From IMG/VR virus record IMGVR_UViG_3300035492_000070: DNA of 64,000 nucleotides; one strand, 5' to 3'. The notes beneath the pieces were generated by a model, which made no database searches, had not been told where the DNA came from, and was given only the letters and a program-made list of their open reading frames with translations. This DNA comes from a virus. Lineage: Duplodnaviria; Heunggongvirae; Uroviricota; Caudoviricetes. How positions within the stretch are numbered: position 1 is the first letter of the stretch; the number at the start of each line of letters is the position of its first letter. Below are positions 19,988-29,815 of the stretch, in pieces. A program made the translations under genes and the position numbers.

Positions 19988-21528
19988 ATGAGTTTAGCAA
20001 ACGGTGTACTCTACACCTATTACAAACAGTGGGGAAATAAGATTCTATTCCGTTACAGAAAGAATCGTGTATCTCATACCACTATGGTTGATTTCTACAA
20101 ACCTTCCCTATTCATAAACGCGCAAAACAATGAGCCTGACGCGTACTCTATATTCGATGTTCCTTTAAGTCGTAAGCAGTTTGACTCTATCAAAGAAGCT
20201 AAAGGCTTTGTTGATACTTACAAAGACGTTGAGGGAATGGAGATTCATGGTAACTCTAACTTTGCAAATCAGTTTATTATTGATTTGTATGAAGGAAAGA
20301 TGCCTGAGTTTACAGTGAATGATATTCGCCAATGTATTCTAGATATTGAGGTTGATAGTCCTGATGGATTTCCTGAACCCGCTAAAGCTGACTGGCCTAT
20401 CAACGGTGTAACCATTTATGACAATTTCACAGATACATTCTATGCTATAGGTGACGTTGATTATGTTCATGATGTTAACCACAGTGATATAGGCAAATTA
20501 AATGTTCATTATACTCGTTGCTATAACGAGATTGAAATATTAAAAGCAATGCTTGAAAATATTTCTTTGTTTCAATACGACTTTACTTCGGGATGGAACT
20601 CGGGTAAATTTGATATGCCTTATATTGTTAACCGTTGTTATAAGATTTTAGGTGAGAAGTATACGGTTGACAAATTATCACCTTTTGGTAACATTCGTGT
20701 ATATTCATCGTATGATGACTTTGGTGGAGAAACCGTACAGGTTGATATTCAAGGTTTGCCTCATTTAGACTACCTTGACCTGTATAAGAAGCATATTTTC
20801 ACGCCACGTGAATCTTATCGGTTAGACTTTATTGCTGAATGTGAGTTAGGCGAAAACAAATTATCATACGAAGAAGCAGGGTCATTATCGAATTTGTATC
20901 GTACTGATCCACAGCGATTCCAGGAATATAATATACAGGACGTAAACCTAATTCGTAGATTGGATAACAAATTAGGCCTTTTCTCTATCACCTACACTCT
21001 TGCTTACTATACCTTGAGTAATTTTGAAGATACTTTAGGCACTACAAAAGCATGGGAGCAATTAGTTGCTAAATTCCTATACACAAAGAACAAAGTGCCA
21101 TTGTTCAAACAAAAGAAATCTCAGTCAAGACCGTTTGAGGGTGGTTATGTAAAAGATCCTATTGTAGGTAAGCATGATTGGGTATTTTCAATCGACTTAA
21201 ACTCGCTATACCCTCATATAGAAATGCAAGTGAACATTGGCCCTGAAACTCATATCCCAAGAGATCAATTACCCGTTGAAGTGGCCGAGTTAAAATCCAA
21301 ATATACCTTGGATGATTTAGTTTCAGGTAAAGCGGATTTAAGCCCTTTACAGAAACATGACATTTCTATGGCTGCTAACTTTGAATGTTACCGCAGAGAC
21401 AAAAAGAGTTTCTTCTCCGAAATTAAGTTCATGTTATACGCTGAACGAAAAATGTATAAGAAGAAAATGTTAGCGGCTGAGCAACAACTTGTTGACATTG
21501 AACAGGAGTTAAAGAGAAGAGGATTATC
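19988..21528 (+). CDS. 43: family B DNA polymerase gp43, exon 1 (exonuclease and N-terminal polymerase domains); 3' boundary approximate
   Basis: DIEVDS exo motif; ends ...KKKMLAAEQQLVDIEQELKRRG just before polymerase motif B. Confidence 0.8.
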
Positions 21529-23066
21529 ATAATGGAAGAATATATTGTCAAAGGCCTTGAAAGCATTTCGTGTAATAATTTTCTACTTGAAAGATACATG
21601 AAATTTATACGTTATCGTATCAGTAACCCTTTGACATCGGGTATATACGAAAAACATCACATATTACCAAAATGCATCTTTCCAGAATATGCTAAAGTTA
21701 AGTCGAATATAGTCAAATTAAAACTTCGGGAGCATTATTTAATTCACTGGATATTATTAAAAATGACATACAAACCATCTTTATGTTTTGCATTTAATGT
21801 AATGAAAAGGACAATACCAGGAGAAACTAAAAATTCAGCTCTATACGAGATGTCAAGAAAATACATTAGTAAAGCGGTATCTGAATCGAATAATGGTAGG
21901 CCTATGTCATATGAAAATAAAATAAAGGTATCAAAAAGAACCAAAGATACAGTGATAGTCAAAGATAAAGATGGAAACACTTTTAGAGTGAGTGTATTCG
22001 ATGAAAGATATAAATCTGGTGAATTAGTGTTCTATAGAAAAGGGCTTAAACATAAGAAAACTACTATAGAAAAAATGCTGAAAAATTCGTCTAAAGGTAA
22101 AGTTGCACATTACAACATACACACAAACGAGATTCGATATTTTACAATCGACGATAATGTAGATGATTGTTGGGTTAAAGGTGTTTCACAATACAATTTA
22201 GAACAGTATAAGTTATTAGCTGTACCTAAATTGAAAAATAAAATATGGTACTACAATAATAAAACAGGAAAACATAAAAGGTTTGATGTAAATGATCGTC
22301 CATCGAGTGACTGGGTGAAAGGAAGAAAATCTGGGTATAACCAAGGGATGAATGTAATGAATTCTAAAATTAAGGTGGTAGACTTGAAATACAGAGCAGT
22401 AAGAAAAGTTTTTCCTCATGAGGTTAGTTGGTTTCACGGCAAAGATAACGGTACATCCACCGATAAAACTGTTATATTTACTTTTAATATGGTTATATTC
22501 GTGGCACGATCTAGCCTAGATGAATATATGAAATCTCATAAACTTTACCCTACTATCACAACTTCCATAGAATCGAATATGAAGTATAGGGTACCTTCAC
22601 CTCATCATAACAATAAATTAGAGGTCAAGAACTTTAGGTATACTCATAAAGGAAAAACTCTTGAAGAGTTAGGAGTTAAATGTTACAATTTAACAGATTT
22701 TGAACTGGATAAACACGAGGGATATACTGTATATGGCAACTGATTATTCAAATATGAGTGATAATGAGTTATTATCACTCAAAAATAAATTAGAAAACGA
22801 ACAGTCGTTTTTTAATAATCTTCAAATGGCAATGAAGATCCTTTAATTAAGGAGGCTTCGAGTAGTGATACTCGTCGAAAATCGGGTGAATTGCTGGAAA
22901 CCTAAAGGATAGTAAATTATCCCATGGCAATCAGCAGCCAAGCCTCATGGATGAGGAAGGTTCAGAGACTAGCGGGGCTTGAGAGCTTAATAACCGCATT
23001 AGCGCCCGACATCTACATATGATAGATGATGATATAGTCCAATCCTTAGAGAAATCTAAGCCCCAG
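21526..23066 (+). mobile_element. group I intron (IA-type core) in the DNA polymerase gene with HNH ORF; splice sites approximate
   Basis: core elements P aattgctggaaa (22889-22900), Q aatcagcagcc (22929-39), R gttcagagactag (22960-72), S atgatatagtcc (23029-40); motif B resumes in frame at about 23050-23068. Confidence 0.7.
21532..22743 (+). CDS. intron-encoded HNH homing endonuclease with C-terminal RYKSGELV-type repeats
   Basis: EKHHILPK...N...EHYLIHW HNH motif; lies wholly inside the intron upstream of the catalytic core. Confidence 0.7.
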   Translation: MEEYIVKGLESISCNNFLLERYMKFIRYRISNPLTSGIYEKHHILPKCIFPEYAKVKSNIVKLKLREHYLIHWILLKMTYKPSLCFAFNVMKRTIPGETKNSALYEMSRKYISKAVSESNNGRPMSYENKIKVSKRTKDTVIVKDKDGNTFRVSVFDERYKSGELVFYRKGLKHKKTTIEKMLKNSSKGKVAHYNIHTNEIRYFTIDDNVDDCWVKGVSQYNLEQYKLLAVPKLKNKIWYYNNKTGKHKRFDVNDRPSSDWVKGRKSGYNQGMNVMNSKIKVVDLKYRAVRKVFPHEVSWFHGKDNGTSTDKTVIFTFNMVIFVARSSLDEYMKSHKLYPTITTSIESNMKYRVPSPHHNNKLEVKNFRYTHKGKTLEELGVKCYNLTDFELDKHEGYTVYGN

Positions 23067-24060
23067 ATTGCTAAATGGGGGCTACGGGGCACTCGCCAAC
23101 GAGCATTTCCTATACTTTATGATTGAAAACGCAGAGGCAATTACTCTTACAGGACAAATGGTTAACCGATATACGTCCACACGAGTAGATTCGTTCATCA
23201 TGAAAACGTTAGGGTTAGAAGATACTGTATGGATATACAGTGATACGGATTCAGGAATTTTTTCATTAAAAGCGTTTCATGATAATGTTCTATCAAATGT
23301 AAATGATGTACAGAAAAAGGTTGATGTGATTGACAAGTTTATTAAGACAACTATTGACCCCTATGTTAACTCTGTTACCGAGGATATCAAGAGTTACCTA
23401 AACTCAGTAGAAAATAAAATGGTTTGGGAAAGAGAGGTTATCGCGGAATCTGCAGTGTTCGTAGCCAAGAAACGTTATGCTATGGCTGTATGGGATTCTG
23501 AGGGTGTAAGATTTGACCCTGAACCGAAATTCAAAATCATGGGACTTGAATCTGTACGCTCATCGACCCCTGCATGGGCAAGGAAGTTTTTGAAGGAATG
23601 TTACAAAACGGTTTTAATGGGGACAGAGCAACAAATTCAGGATATGGTAGTAGAGTTCAAGAAAAAGTTCTACGAATATACACCTAGTGAAATAGCTACT
23701 CCTCGTGGCGTTAACGGTTTAGAAAAGTTCCACGACAAGACCTCCATTTATATTAAAGGAACACCTAAGCACGTCAAGGCGGCATTGGTTCATAATTGGT
23801 TGGTTGATAAAAAAGGAATGTCAACTGAAAAGATTAAGAGCGGCAATAAAATTAAATATATTGATTTGACCCGACCTAATCCCATTAACAGTGATGTAAT
23901 TGGATTCTCTGTTCATTTGCCTAAAGAGTTTGGTTTGGATTCTTACGTGGATTATAAAAGTATATTTGACACTGCTTTTATGTCACCCTTAAGAATATTC
24001 TTGAATGTGGTAGGGTGGACGGAAGAGCCGATAGTGTCATTAGAAGACTTCTTTTCTTGA
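23050..24060 (+). CDS. 43: family B DNA polymerase gp43, exon 2 (motifs B and C); 5' boundary approximate
   Basis: LLNGGYGALANEHF (Kx3NSxYG-like motif B); IYSDTDS (motif C YGDTDS). Confidence 0.8.
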   Translation, partial: RNLSPRLLNGGYGALANEHFLYFMIENAEAITLTGQMVNRYTSTRVDSFIMKTLGLEDTVWIYSDTDSGIFSLKAFHDNVLSNVNDVQKKVDVIDKFIKTTIDPYVNSVTEDIKSYLNSVENKMVWEREVIAESAVFVAKKRYAMAVWDSEGVRFDPEPKFKIMGLESVRSSTPAWARKFLKECYKTVLMGTEQQIQDMVVEFKKKFYEYTPSEIATPRGVNGLEKFHDKTSIYIKGTPKHVKAALVHNWLVDKKGMSTEKIKSGNKIKYIDLTRPNPINSDVIGFSVHLPKEFGLDSYVDYKSIFDTAFMSPLRIFLNVVGWTEEPIVSLEDFFS

Positions 24061-24066
24061 CTTGAA

Positions 24067-24110
24067 GTGCCTGTTCTTTTAAACTATATGAACAGGCACA
24101 ATTTTATTAG
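24067..24110 (+). terminator. rho-independent terminator
   Basis: gtgcctgttc...gaacaggcac + aattttatt. Confidence 0.55.
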
Positions 24111-24121
24111 GAGAACATTGA

Positions 24122-24907
24122 ATGTTGCCAAAATTGATAGGTATAGTAGGTTTAGCGGGGAGTGGTAAAGACACTTTAGCCGACTTACTATTAAAAACCC
24201 GGGTTGAATTTTGTAGTTATAATCGCTACGCATTTGCCGACCCTCTAAAAGAGTTTACAGCCGAAGTTTTTGACTTTGACATTTCGTACTGTTATGATCG
24301 AGATATAAAGGAACAGAAATTAGAGTTCCGTTGTACTCATACTGACCTTTATGCCCGTTTTCATGCAGCATTTAACAATTTATTGTTGAAGTACGCCAAG
24401 GCAACCAATCAACCACTTGAATTAGTCCATGCGGATCTATCACCAAAGGTTGAATTAGTTGAACCCTTCATGTTCAGTATCATGTTGAATGTTTTAAAAG
24501 ATCATATGCCCAAAATGGGCAAATGGGAATCATTATGGCATAAATGGATCACTCGTGACACGGTCTACATTTTCAACGTCAGTCCACGTATCCTGCTCCA
24601 GTTGCTAGGTACAGAATTCTTCCGTGATTATGTTGATCAAGCATTTTGGTCTACAATAGCACCAAAAGAAAAGGCAATTTTCACAGACGTAAGATTCTAC
24701 GAAGAATATGACCACGTTAAAGAGAACGGTGGTGTAATTATTCGAGTAACAAACCAATCACAAAAAACAATTAATGAATCTGGTCATGCCTCAGAAGCAT
24801 TAGCGAATTCATTTAAGGCGGACTTTGAGATCGTTAATAACGGCGTATCTTTAACTAATTTCATGAAAGAAGTTGACAAAATGGTAGTGCAAATGTATGG
24901 AAAATAA
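24122..24907 (+). CDS. 1: deoxynucleoside monophosphate kinase (gp1-like)
   Basis: N-terminal P-loop IGIVGLAGSGKDTLADLL resembles T4 gp1 IFLSGVKRSGKDTTADFI. Confidence 0.6.
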   Translation: MLPKLIGIVGLAGSGKDTLADLLLKTRVEFCSYNRYAFADPLKEFTAEVFDFDISYCYDRDIKEQKLEFRCTHTDLYARFHAAFNNLLLKYAKATNQPLELVHADLSPKVELVEPFMFSIMLNVLKDHMPKMGKWESLWHKWITRDTVYIFNVSPRILLQLLGTEFFRDYVDQAFWSTIAPKEKAIFTDVRFYEEYDHVKENGGVIIRVTNQSQKTINESGHASEALANSFKADFEIVNNGVSLTNFMKEVDKMVVQMYGK

Positions 24908-25421
24908 ATTATTCTCACTCAAACTAAAAATCCAGGATTCGGAAAATACCGACGAGCTGTACAAATACGCCTCTGACGTACTCTGCGCGGACCTGTCTTT
25001 ACCTACTACTGTTACTCAAGAAGAACGTTATGTCCTGGTAGAATCCACCTTAGACGTGTTAGAATTGATTGCAGAGAGGTTAATAGAGGACTACGCTACG
25101 TTAGGTTACGAGATTGAACAAGATCTTGATTTATTCGATCTGGTCGTATATTGTAATGAGCCAGAGTTGAACAATCATATTGTCCAAAATCGTATTAACA
25201 TCAATCAAGCACAGTTAGATGCGATCTGCGATTGTATGGGCGATACGAATAAGTCAATTGAAAAAGTAGGGCAACTTGCTACGCATATTGATGTACAAAA
25301 TACGTTCAATGGTGCTTATAAATTGCGTCATATCATCGGCTGTATGATTGACGCTTTAGAAAAGAAAGGTATATTTGTTGAAGAAGAAATCAACGACGGT
25401 ATGTTCGAAAACGTTCATTAG
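24897..25421 (+). CDS. hypothetical acidic protein
   Basis: ORF only. Confidence 0.3.
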   Translation: MENKLFSLKLKIQDSENTDELYKYASDVLCADLSLPTTVTQEERYVLVESTLDVLELIAERLIEDYATLGYEIEQDLDLFDLVVYCNEPELNNHIVQNRININQAQLDAICDCMGDTNKSIEKVGQLATHIDVQNTFNGAYKLRHIIGCMIDALEKKGIFVEEEINDGMFENVH

Positions 25422-25430
25422 GAGAAATAG

Positions 25431-26525
25431 ATGTCAAGTTTAATGAGTAAAATGCTTAAGACAGGTGCTATTAAAGAATCTGCGGTACTGTCTAAGTCTA
25501 AGTTTTTTGGTGATTTGGGTTTAATTAAGTTACCTGTGCCTATGATGAACGTATACTTCTCAGGTTCACTTGATGGTGGTATTGGTCCAGGTCTTCATAT
25601 GTTAGCTGGTCCAAGCAAACACTTCAAAAGCAACATGGGCCTAGTTACAGTCAAGGCATTCCAAGATGCCGAGCCAGAGGGAATTGTGATTTTCTATGAC
25701 AGTGAGTTTGGTTCAACCGAAGGCTATTTTAAAAACTTCGGTATTGATACTTCTCGCATTCTACATATTCCAATTATGAATGTCGAAGAATTAAAATTTG
25801 ATATTGTACAAAAACTAGAAGCCGTTGAAAAGGGAGATAAGATTTTCATTTTCATCGACTCCGTTGGTAATTTAGCTTCTAAGAAAGAAGTCGAAGATGC
25901 TAAAAATGAAAAGTCTGTAGCTGACATGACACGGGCAAAACAGTTGAAGAGTCTGTGGCGTATGGTTACACCTTATTTGACTGTGAAGCGTATCACTTGT
26001 GTGTGTATTAACCACACCTATGAGACAATCGAGATGTTTTCTAAACCTGTCATGTCAGGCGGAACAGGTGGTACATATAGTTCGAATTCAATTGCCATCA
26101 TCGGCAAACGCCAAATTAAAGATGGTGCCGAGTTAATGGGTTGGGAATTCGTCCTTAATGCTGAGAAGTCGCGTTATATTAAAGAAAAATCCTCGATTCC
26201 TATTACCGTTCTATACGATGGTGGTATTGACAAGTATTCAGGTCTGTTAGAAGTTGCAGAGGCTGTTGGGTTTGTTGAGAAACCAAAGCAAGGTTGGTTT
26301 ACTCGACCTACGGTTGAAGGTGATAAGAATTGGCGCCGCAAGGATACCAATACGGAAGAATTTTGGACTCCTTTATTAGGCGACCAAAGGTTCAAAGATA
26401 AAGTACAACAAATGTTCTCTTTAGGTAGTAAGGTGAAACCTATTGAGGAAGGGGATTTCGACCCTGAAACAGGTGAAGTTTTCGAAGAAGAAGATGATTT
26501 TAACCTGTTAGCCGAAGATAACTAA
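25431..26525 (+). CDS. uvsX: UvsX recombinase (RecA-like)
   Basis: near full-length colinearity with T4 UvsX: KFFGD...PMMNVYFSGSLDGG...LAGPSKHFKSN...FYDSEFG...INHTYETIEMFSKPVMSGGTG. Confidence 0.9.
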   Translation: MSSLMSKMLKTGAIKESAVLSKSKFFGDLGLIKLPVPMMNVYFSGSLDGGIGPGLHMLAGPSKHFKSNMGLVTVKAFQDAEPEGIVIFYDSEFGSTEGYFKNFGIDTSRILHIPIMNVEELKFDIVQKLEAVEKGDKIFIFIDSVGNLASKKEVEDAKNEKSVADMTRAKQLKSLWRMVTPYLTVKRITCVCINHTYETIEMFSKPVMSGGTGGTYSSNSIAIIGKRQIKDGAELMGWEFVLNAEKSRYIKEKSSIPITVLYDGGIDKYSGLLEVAEAVGFVEKPKQGWFTRPTVEGDKNWRRKDTNTEEFWTPLLGDQRFKDKVQQMFSLGSKVKPIEEGDFDPETGEVFEEEDDFNLLAEDN

Positions 26526-26537
26526 AAGTTGACCCAG

Positions 26538-26572
26538 GTGCCTATTGTTATAGAATAGGCATCTTTTTGTTG
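26538..26572 (+). terminator. rho-independent terminator
   Basis: gcctattgttatagaataggc + atctttttgttg. Confidence 0.6.
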
Positions 26573-26581
26573 TAGAAAGGG

Positions 26582-27967
26582 ATGATTATGATTTCGATTG
26601 AAAGTTCAATCGTGAAAGCGTTGTTATATGATGAAGAATATGCAAGAACTGTTGTACCTCACCTTAAACCAGAATTCTTTGATGGGCATTATAAGGAAAT
26701 CTTTGTAACTTATAATGATATTTTCGAGAAGTATCACAAGATCCCTACGGTTGAAGCGTTAGTTATTGGATTAAAAGGCAAGAACGTCCCCGAAGAAACG
26801 TTTGAGTCCGCTATTCAAGAATTGAGTGAGTGTTACAAGTCAAAAGATGAATCAGTTGACACAAAATGGCTAGTCGATGAAACTGAGAAGTATTGTGTTG
26901 ATAAAGCACTGTTTAATGCTATATACCAGTCAATCTCGATATTGGAAGGTAATGATAAGAAATTAGACAAACATGCCATTCCAACCATATTGGATGAAGC
27001 ACTGTCCGTTAGCTTCGACACAACGGTAGGTTCTGACTATTTCGAGGATTTGGAAAAACGATTAGATTATTACACTAACCCTGACAGCAAGCTACCCTTC
27101 CCGTTAAATGCGTTGAACATATTATCAAACAATGGTTTACCTCCTAAAACATTGTCGGCTGTATTGGCCTTTACTAATACGGGTAAAAGTGCGTTGATGT
27201 GTTACTTGTCGGGCGAATACCTTAAAGCGGGTAAGAACGTTCTTTATATCACTCTCGAAATGTCAGAGGAAGCTGTGCAAGAACGGGTTGATGCTAACCT
27301 CATGGACATGAAAACCGATGAATTCAAAAACAAGAATTTGAATAAAGACTTGATTCGTTCTAAAATGGCCGAGCTAAGAAAACGCACAACGGGTAGATTC
27401 ATAGTTAAGGAATACCCTACCGGGGCGGGTCATGTTGGTCATTTCAGGCACCTATTAAGAGAACTACAACAAAAGAAAAAGTTCAAGCCTGATATTATAT
27501 TCGTTGACTACATCAATATATGCGCTAGTTCTAGATATAAGACTGGTACAGGTGTCAACTCATATACATTGGTTAAGTCCATTGCTGAAGAGTTACGAGG
27601 TTTAGCTGTAGAGCAAAATCTGCCTATCTTTACTGCTACACAGACAAACAGAGATGCAGCAAACAACCAAAGTCCTGATATGACAGCCACAAGTGAATGT
27701 TTGACGTTAGATACTGTCGTAATAACGAATAAAGGCAAGAAGCAAATCAAAGATGTAAATGTGGGTGATAAGTTACTAGGTAGCGATGGATTTGTTACCG
27801 TATCAATGGTACATCACCCCAAAACAAAAAGGGTTTACGAGATCAAAACAAAGAGCGGGAAAGTTATAAGATGCTCTGCCGATCACGTATTCCCAACTAA
27901 TAACGGCCGACTGTCAATTAAATCGGGACTGGTTCCCGGTATGATTTTGAATAGTATCGACCTATAA
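26582..27967 (+). CDS. 41: replicative DnaB-family helicase gp41, N-extein fused to split-intein N-half
   Basis: Walker A FTNTGKSALM, ITLEMS; helicase sequence stops at ...DMTATSE and runs straight into an intein N-half, then a TAA stop. Confidence 0.85.
   Translation: MIMISIESSIVKALLYDEEYARTVVPHLKPEFFDGHYKEIFVTYNDIFEKYHKIPTVEALVIGLKGKNVPEETFESAIQELSECYKSKDESVDTKWLVDETEKYCVDKALFNAIYQSISILEGNDKKLDKHAIPTILDEALSVSFDTTVGSDYFEDLEKRLDYYTNPDSKLPFPLNALNILSNNGLPPKTLSAVLAFTNTGKSALMCYLSGEYLKAGKNVLYITLEMSEEAVQERVDANLMDMKTDEFKNKNLNKDLIRSKMAELRKRTTGRFIVKEYPTGAGHVGHFRHLLRELQQKKKFKPDIIFVDYINICASSRYKTGTGVNSYTLVKSIAEELRGLAVEQNLPIFTATQTNRDAANNQSPDMTATSECLTLDTVVITNKGKKQIKDVNVGDKLLGSDGFVTVSMVHHPKTKRVYEIKTKSGKVIRCSADHVFPTNNGRLSIKSGLVPGMILNSIDL
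27698..27964 (+). mobile_element. split intein N-half (IntN, 89 aa)
   Basis: CLTLDTVVITNKG (block A Cys1 + DTxV), CSADHVF (block B TxxH-like); inserted at the DnaB ESG|S site. Confidence 0.75.
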
Positions 27968-27970
27968 AGA

Positions 27971-28035
27971 ATAGCCCATTTTATAAATAATCTTTAGTTG
28001 GTGGTAATCCTAAAGAGGTTTTAAGAATGGGCTAT
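27971..28035 (+). promoter_or_regulatory. hairpin pairing atagcccat with atgggctat (includes the endonuclease start codon); loop holds late promoter TATAAATA (27982-27989)
   Basis: seen in sequence; reverse-complement arms 27971-79 and 28027-35. Confidence 0.5.
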
Positions 28036-29190
28036 AATATTTCAAAACAAAAATCTAAATCTGATAGTGAGTTATATGAATATATCTCAACAAAGAAAAG
28101 ATGGAAAAAAGAATGGGGTGGTATAACACCAACCCAAGAGCAAATAAGAAAAATAGCAGAATGTTTAAGGAAACTTGAAGTTTTAGGCGAAGGGTCAATT
28201 ACTCGTTTGGCTAGATTGATACGTTACGGTAACGACAATGATATTGAGGTTTATTGGTACGATGAATGTCTAATAATGAAAGGCGAAAGAAAACGAGGTT
28301 ACGGGTCAGCTTCGTTAGAATGTTTTCAAAAAAGTTATGGTGATGAGGAAGGTAAACGAAGATACGAACAACACTGTAACGAGGTAATAAAGCCAAATGC
28401 AAGAACATCAAGCCCAAGATGTGTTGAGTATTATATAAAGAGGGGATTTACTGAGACACAAGCAGAACAAAAGGTTAAAGATCATAACGCCAAAGTTTCA
28501 AAAGTTAGATGGGATAAAGTTAAAGAGTCTGGCGTCAATCTTTCAGAATATGCAAAAAGCATAAACCCTTTGTCTAAGTCATTTCAAGGTTATGTTGGCA
28601 TGGATAAGGAGGAATCCGAGGCTATACGCAAACGGCATCTAGAAAAGTGTATTAGAGGAAAAGATTTTTACATTCGGAAGTATGGCCAGTCGGAAGGTGC
28701 TAAAAGGTTTGAAGATAGAATGCAACGCAGAAAAGAAACAATGCTTAAAAACGGTACAGGTACATTTAACGTTAAAAAAGGTTGTGCTTCTGGTTGGTCT
28801 TTAAAATTATTGCTTCCTATATGTGAATGGTTACATTCTTTGGGGTATTCTAAAAAAGATATTCAAATGGGTTTACCTGAATACAGAGGAGAAAGGTGGA
28901 TTAGACACGGTAAAAATGAATATTTTATGTACGACTTCTGTTTTGTTCCTGGTAACATTCTCATAGAATATCATGGTGTGAAATGGCACCCTAAACCCAA
29001 CGGTGAGTTTCTTGAAGGTAGTCCTTTAGGACTAGATGGAAAATTAGCTAGACAAAGGGACGAGGCTAAAGTAAAATTAGCAGAGTCGCATGGATATAAG
29101 ATTATTGAAATATGGTCAGACGAGGACTTAAATGAATCAATTGAACGATGTAAACAATTTATCAGAGAACATGGATTACCTAAAGTATAA
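28027..29190 (+). CDS. free-standing homing-endonuclease-like protein: tandem basic DNA-binding repeats + C-terminal Vsr-like (PD-(D/E)xK) nuclease domain
   Basis: C-terminus IEYHGVKWHPKP...RDEAKVKLAESHGYKIIEIWSDE resembles Vsr FxHGCFWHxH...D...L..GW.V..VWE; sits between the two helicase/intein halves; paralogue at 62794. Confidence 0.55.
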   Translation: MGYNISKQKSKSDSELYEYISTKKRWKKEWGGITPTQEQIRKIAECLRKLEVLGEGSITRLARLIRYGNDNDIEVYWYDECLIMKGERKRGYGSASLECFQKSYGDEEGKRRYEQHCNEVIKPNARTSSPRCVEYYIKRGFTETQAEQKVKDHNAKVSKVRWDKVKESGVNLSEYAKSINPLSKSFQGYVGMDKEESEAIRKRHLEKCIRGKDFYIRKYGQSEGAKRFEDRMQRRKETMLKNGTGTFNVKKGCASGWSLKLLLPICEWLHSLGYSKKDIQMGLPEYRGERWIRHGKNEYFMYDFCFVPGNILIEYHGVKWHPKPNGEFLEGSPLGLDGKLARQRDEAKVKLAESHGYKIIEIWSDEDLNESIERCKQFIREHGLPKV

Positions 29191-29749
29191 AACCGAAGAG
29201 GAATTGTATGCTTTAGCATATACTTATGCCGTAAAAATGTTTGATGTGAGGTCGGCTCTAGGTATAGAGCTATCTACCGTGGGTGAGTTAACAGATCTAT
29301 TATTTGAGATGTTCAAAGACAAAGCAAAACAAGACTTTAAAACTGACCAATTAATAGATTACAATGATGAGATTGTTAGTATTGTTGAGTTATCTGACGA
29401 ACAAACTGTTGATATTACTGTTTCTAAAGATAGTCTGTTCTATGCCAATAATATACTAACAAAAAATTCGATTGGCCTTCCCCAAAGTTTGGACTTCTTC
29501 ATTGCTCTTGTAACTAATGAAGAGTTAATGGAAATGGGCAGACAGATGATGATTCTACTAAAGACTCGTTTTGGTAATAAACAAAACGCTAAGAGTCAAC
29601 TTGTGGGTATAGATTTTGATAAGATGCGTTACTATGACATAGAGAGCGATACAAGCAGTCAAGTCGCCGCGGTTGTGGGTAAACGCACCCCTGATACCGT
29701 CAAGAAGCCTATGGCAAGTGGTATTCCCAGTGATATTAGCTGGGATTAA
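29132..29749 (+). CDS. 41: split-intein C-half fused to gp41 helicase C-extein; true start uncertain (29132, 29171, 29237 or 29309)
   Basis: ...IVSIVELSDEQTVDITVSKDSLFYANNILTKN|SIGLPQSLDFFIALV...LKTRFGNKQNAKSQLVGIDFDKM; intein blocks F/G then +1 Ser and DnaB C-terminal motif; same frame as the N-part. Confidence 0.7.
   Translation: MNQLNDVNNLSENMDYLKYKTEEELYALAYTYAVKMFDVRSALGIELSTVGELTDLLFEMFKDKAKQDFKTDQLIDYNDEIVSIVELSDEQTVDITVSKDSLFYANNILTKNSIGLPQSLDFFIALVTNEELMEMGRQMMILLKTRFGNKQNAKSQLVGIDFDKMRYYDIESDTSSQVAAVVGKRTPDTVKKPMASGIPSDISWD
29309..29467 (+). mobile_element. split intein C-half (IntC), ends KN before Ser+1 at 29468
   Basis: LFYANNILTKN|S mirrors canonical LFYANDILTHN|S; start approximate. 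Confidence 0.65.
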
Positions 29750-29815
29750 AAAAACCAGTTGATTTCGTTCTAGGAATCAACTAATATAATTTTGTTTTTA
29801 AAACGGAGAAACACA

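Noticed and set aside
22744-23067. Treating the DNA polymerase as two separate genes split by a free-standing HNH gene
   Set aside because: The intervening segment contains conserved group I intron core elements (P, Q, R, S) immediately before the point where the polymerase frame resumes. Splicing is the more likely explanation, though expression as two subunits is not excluded.
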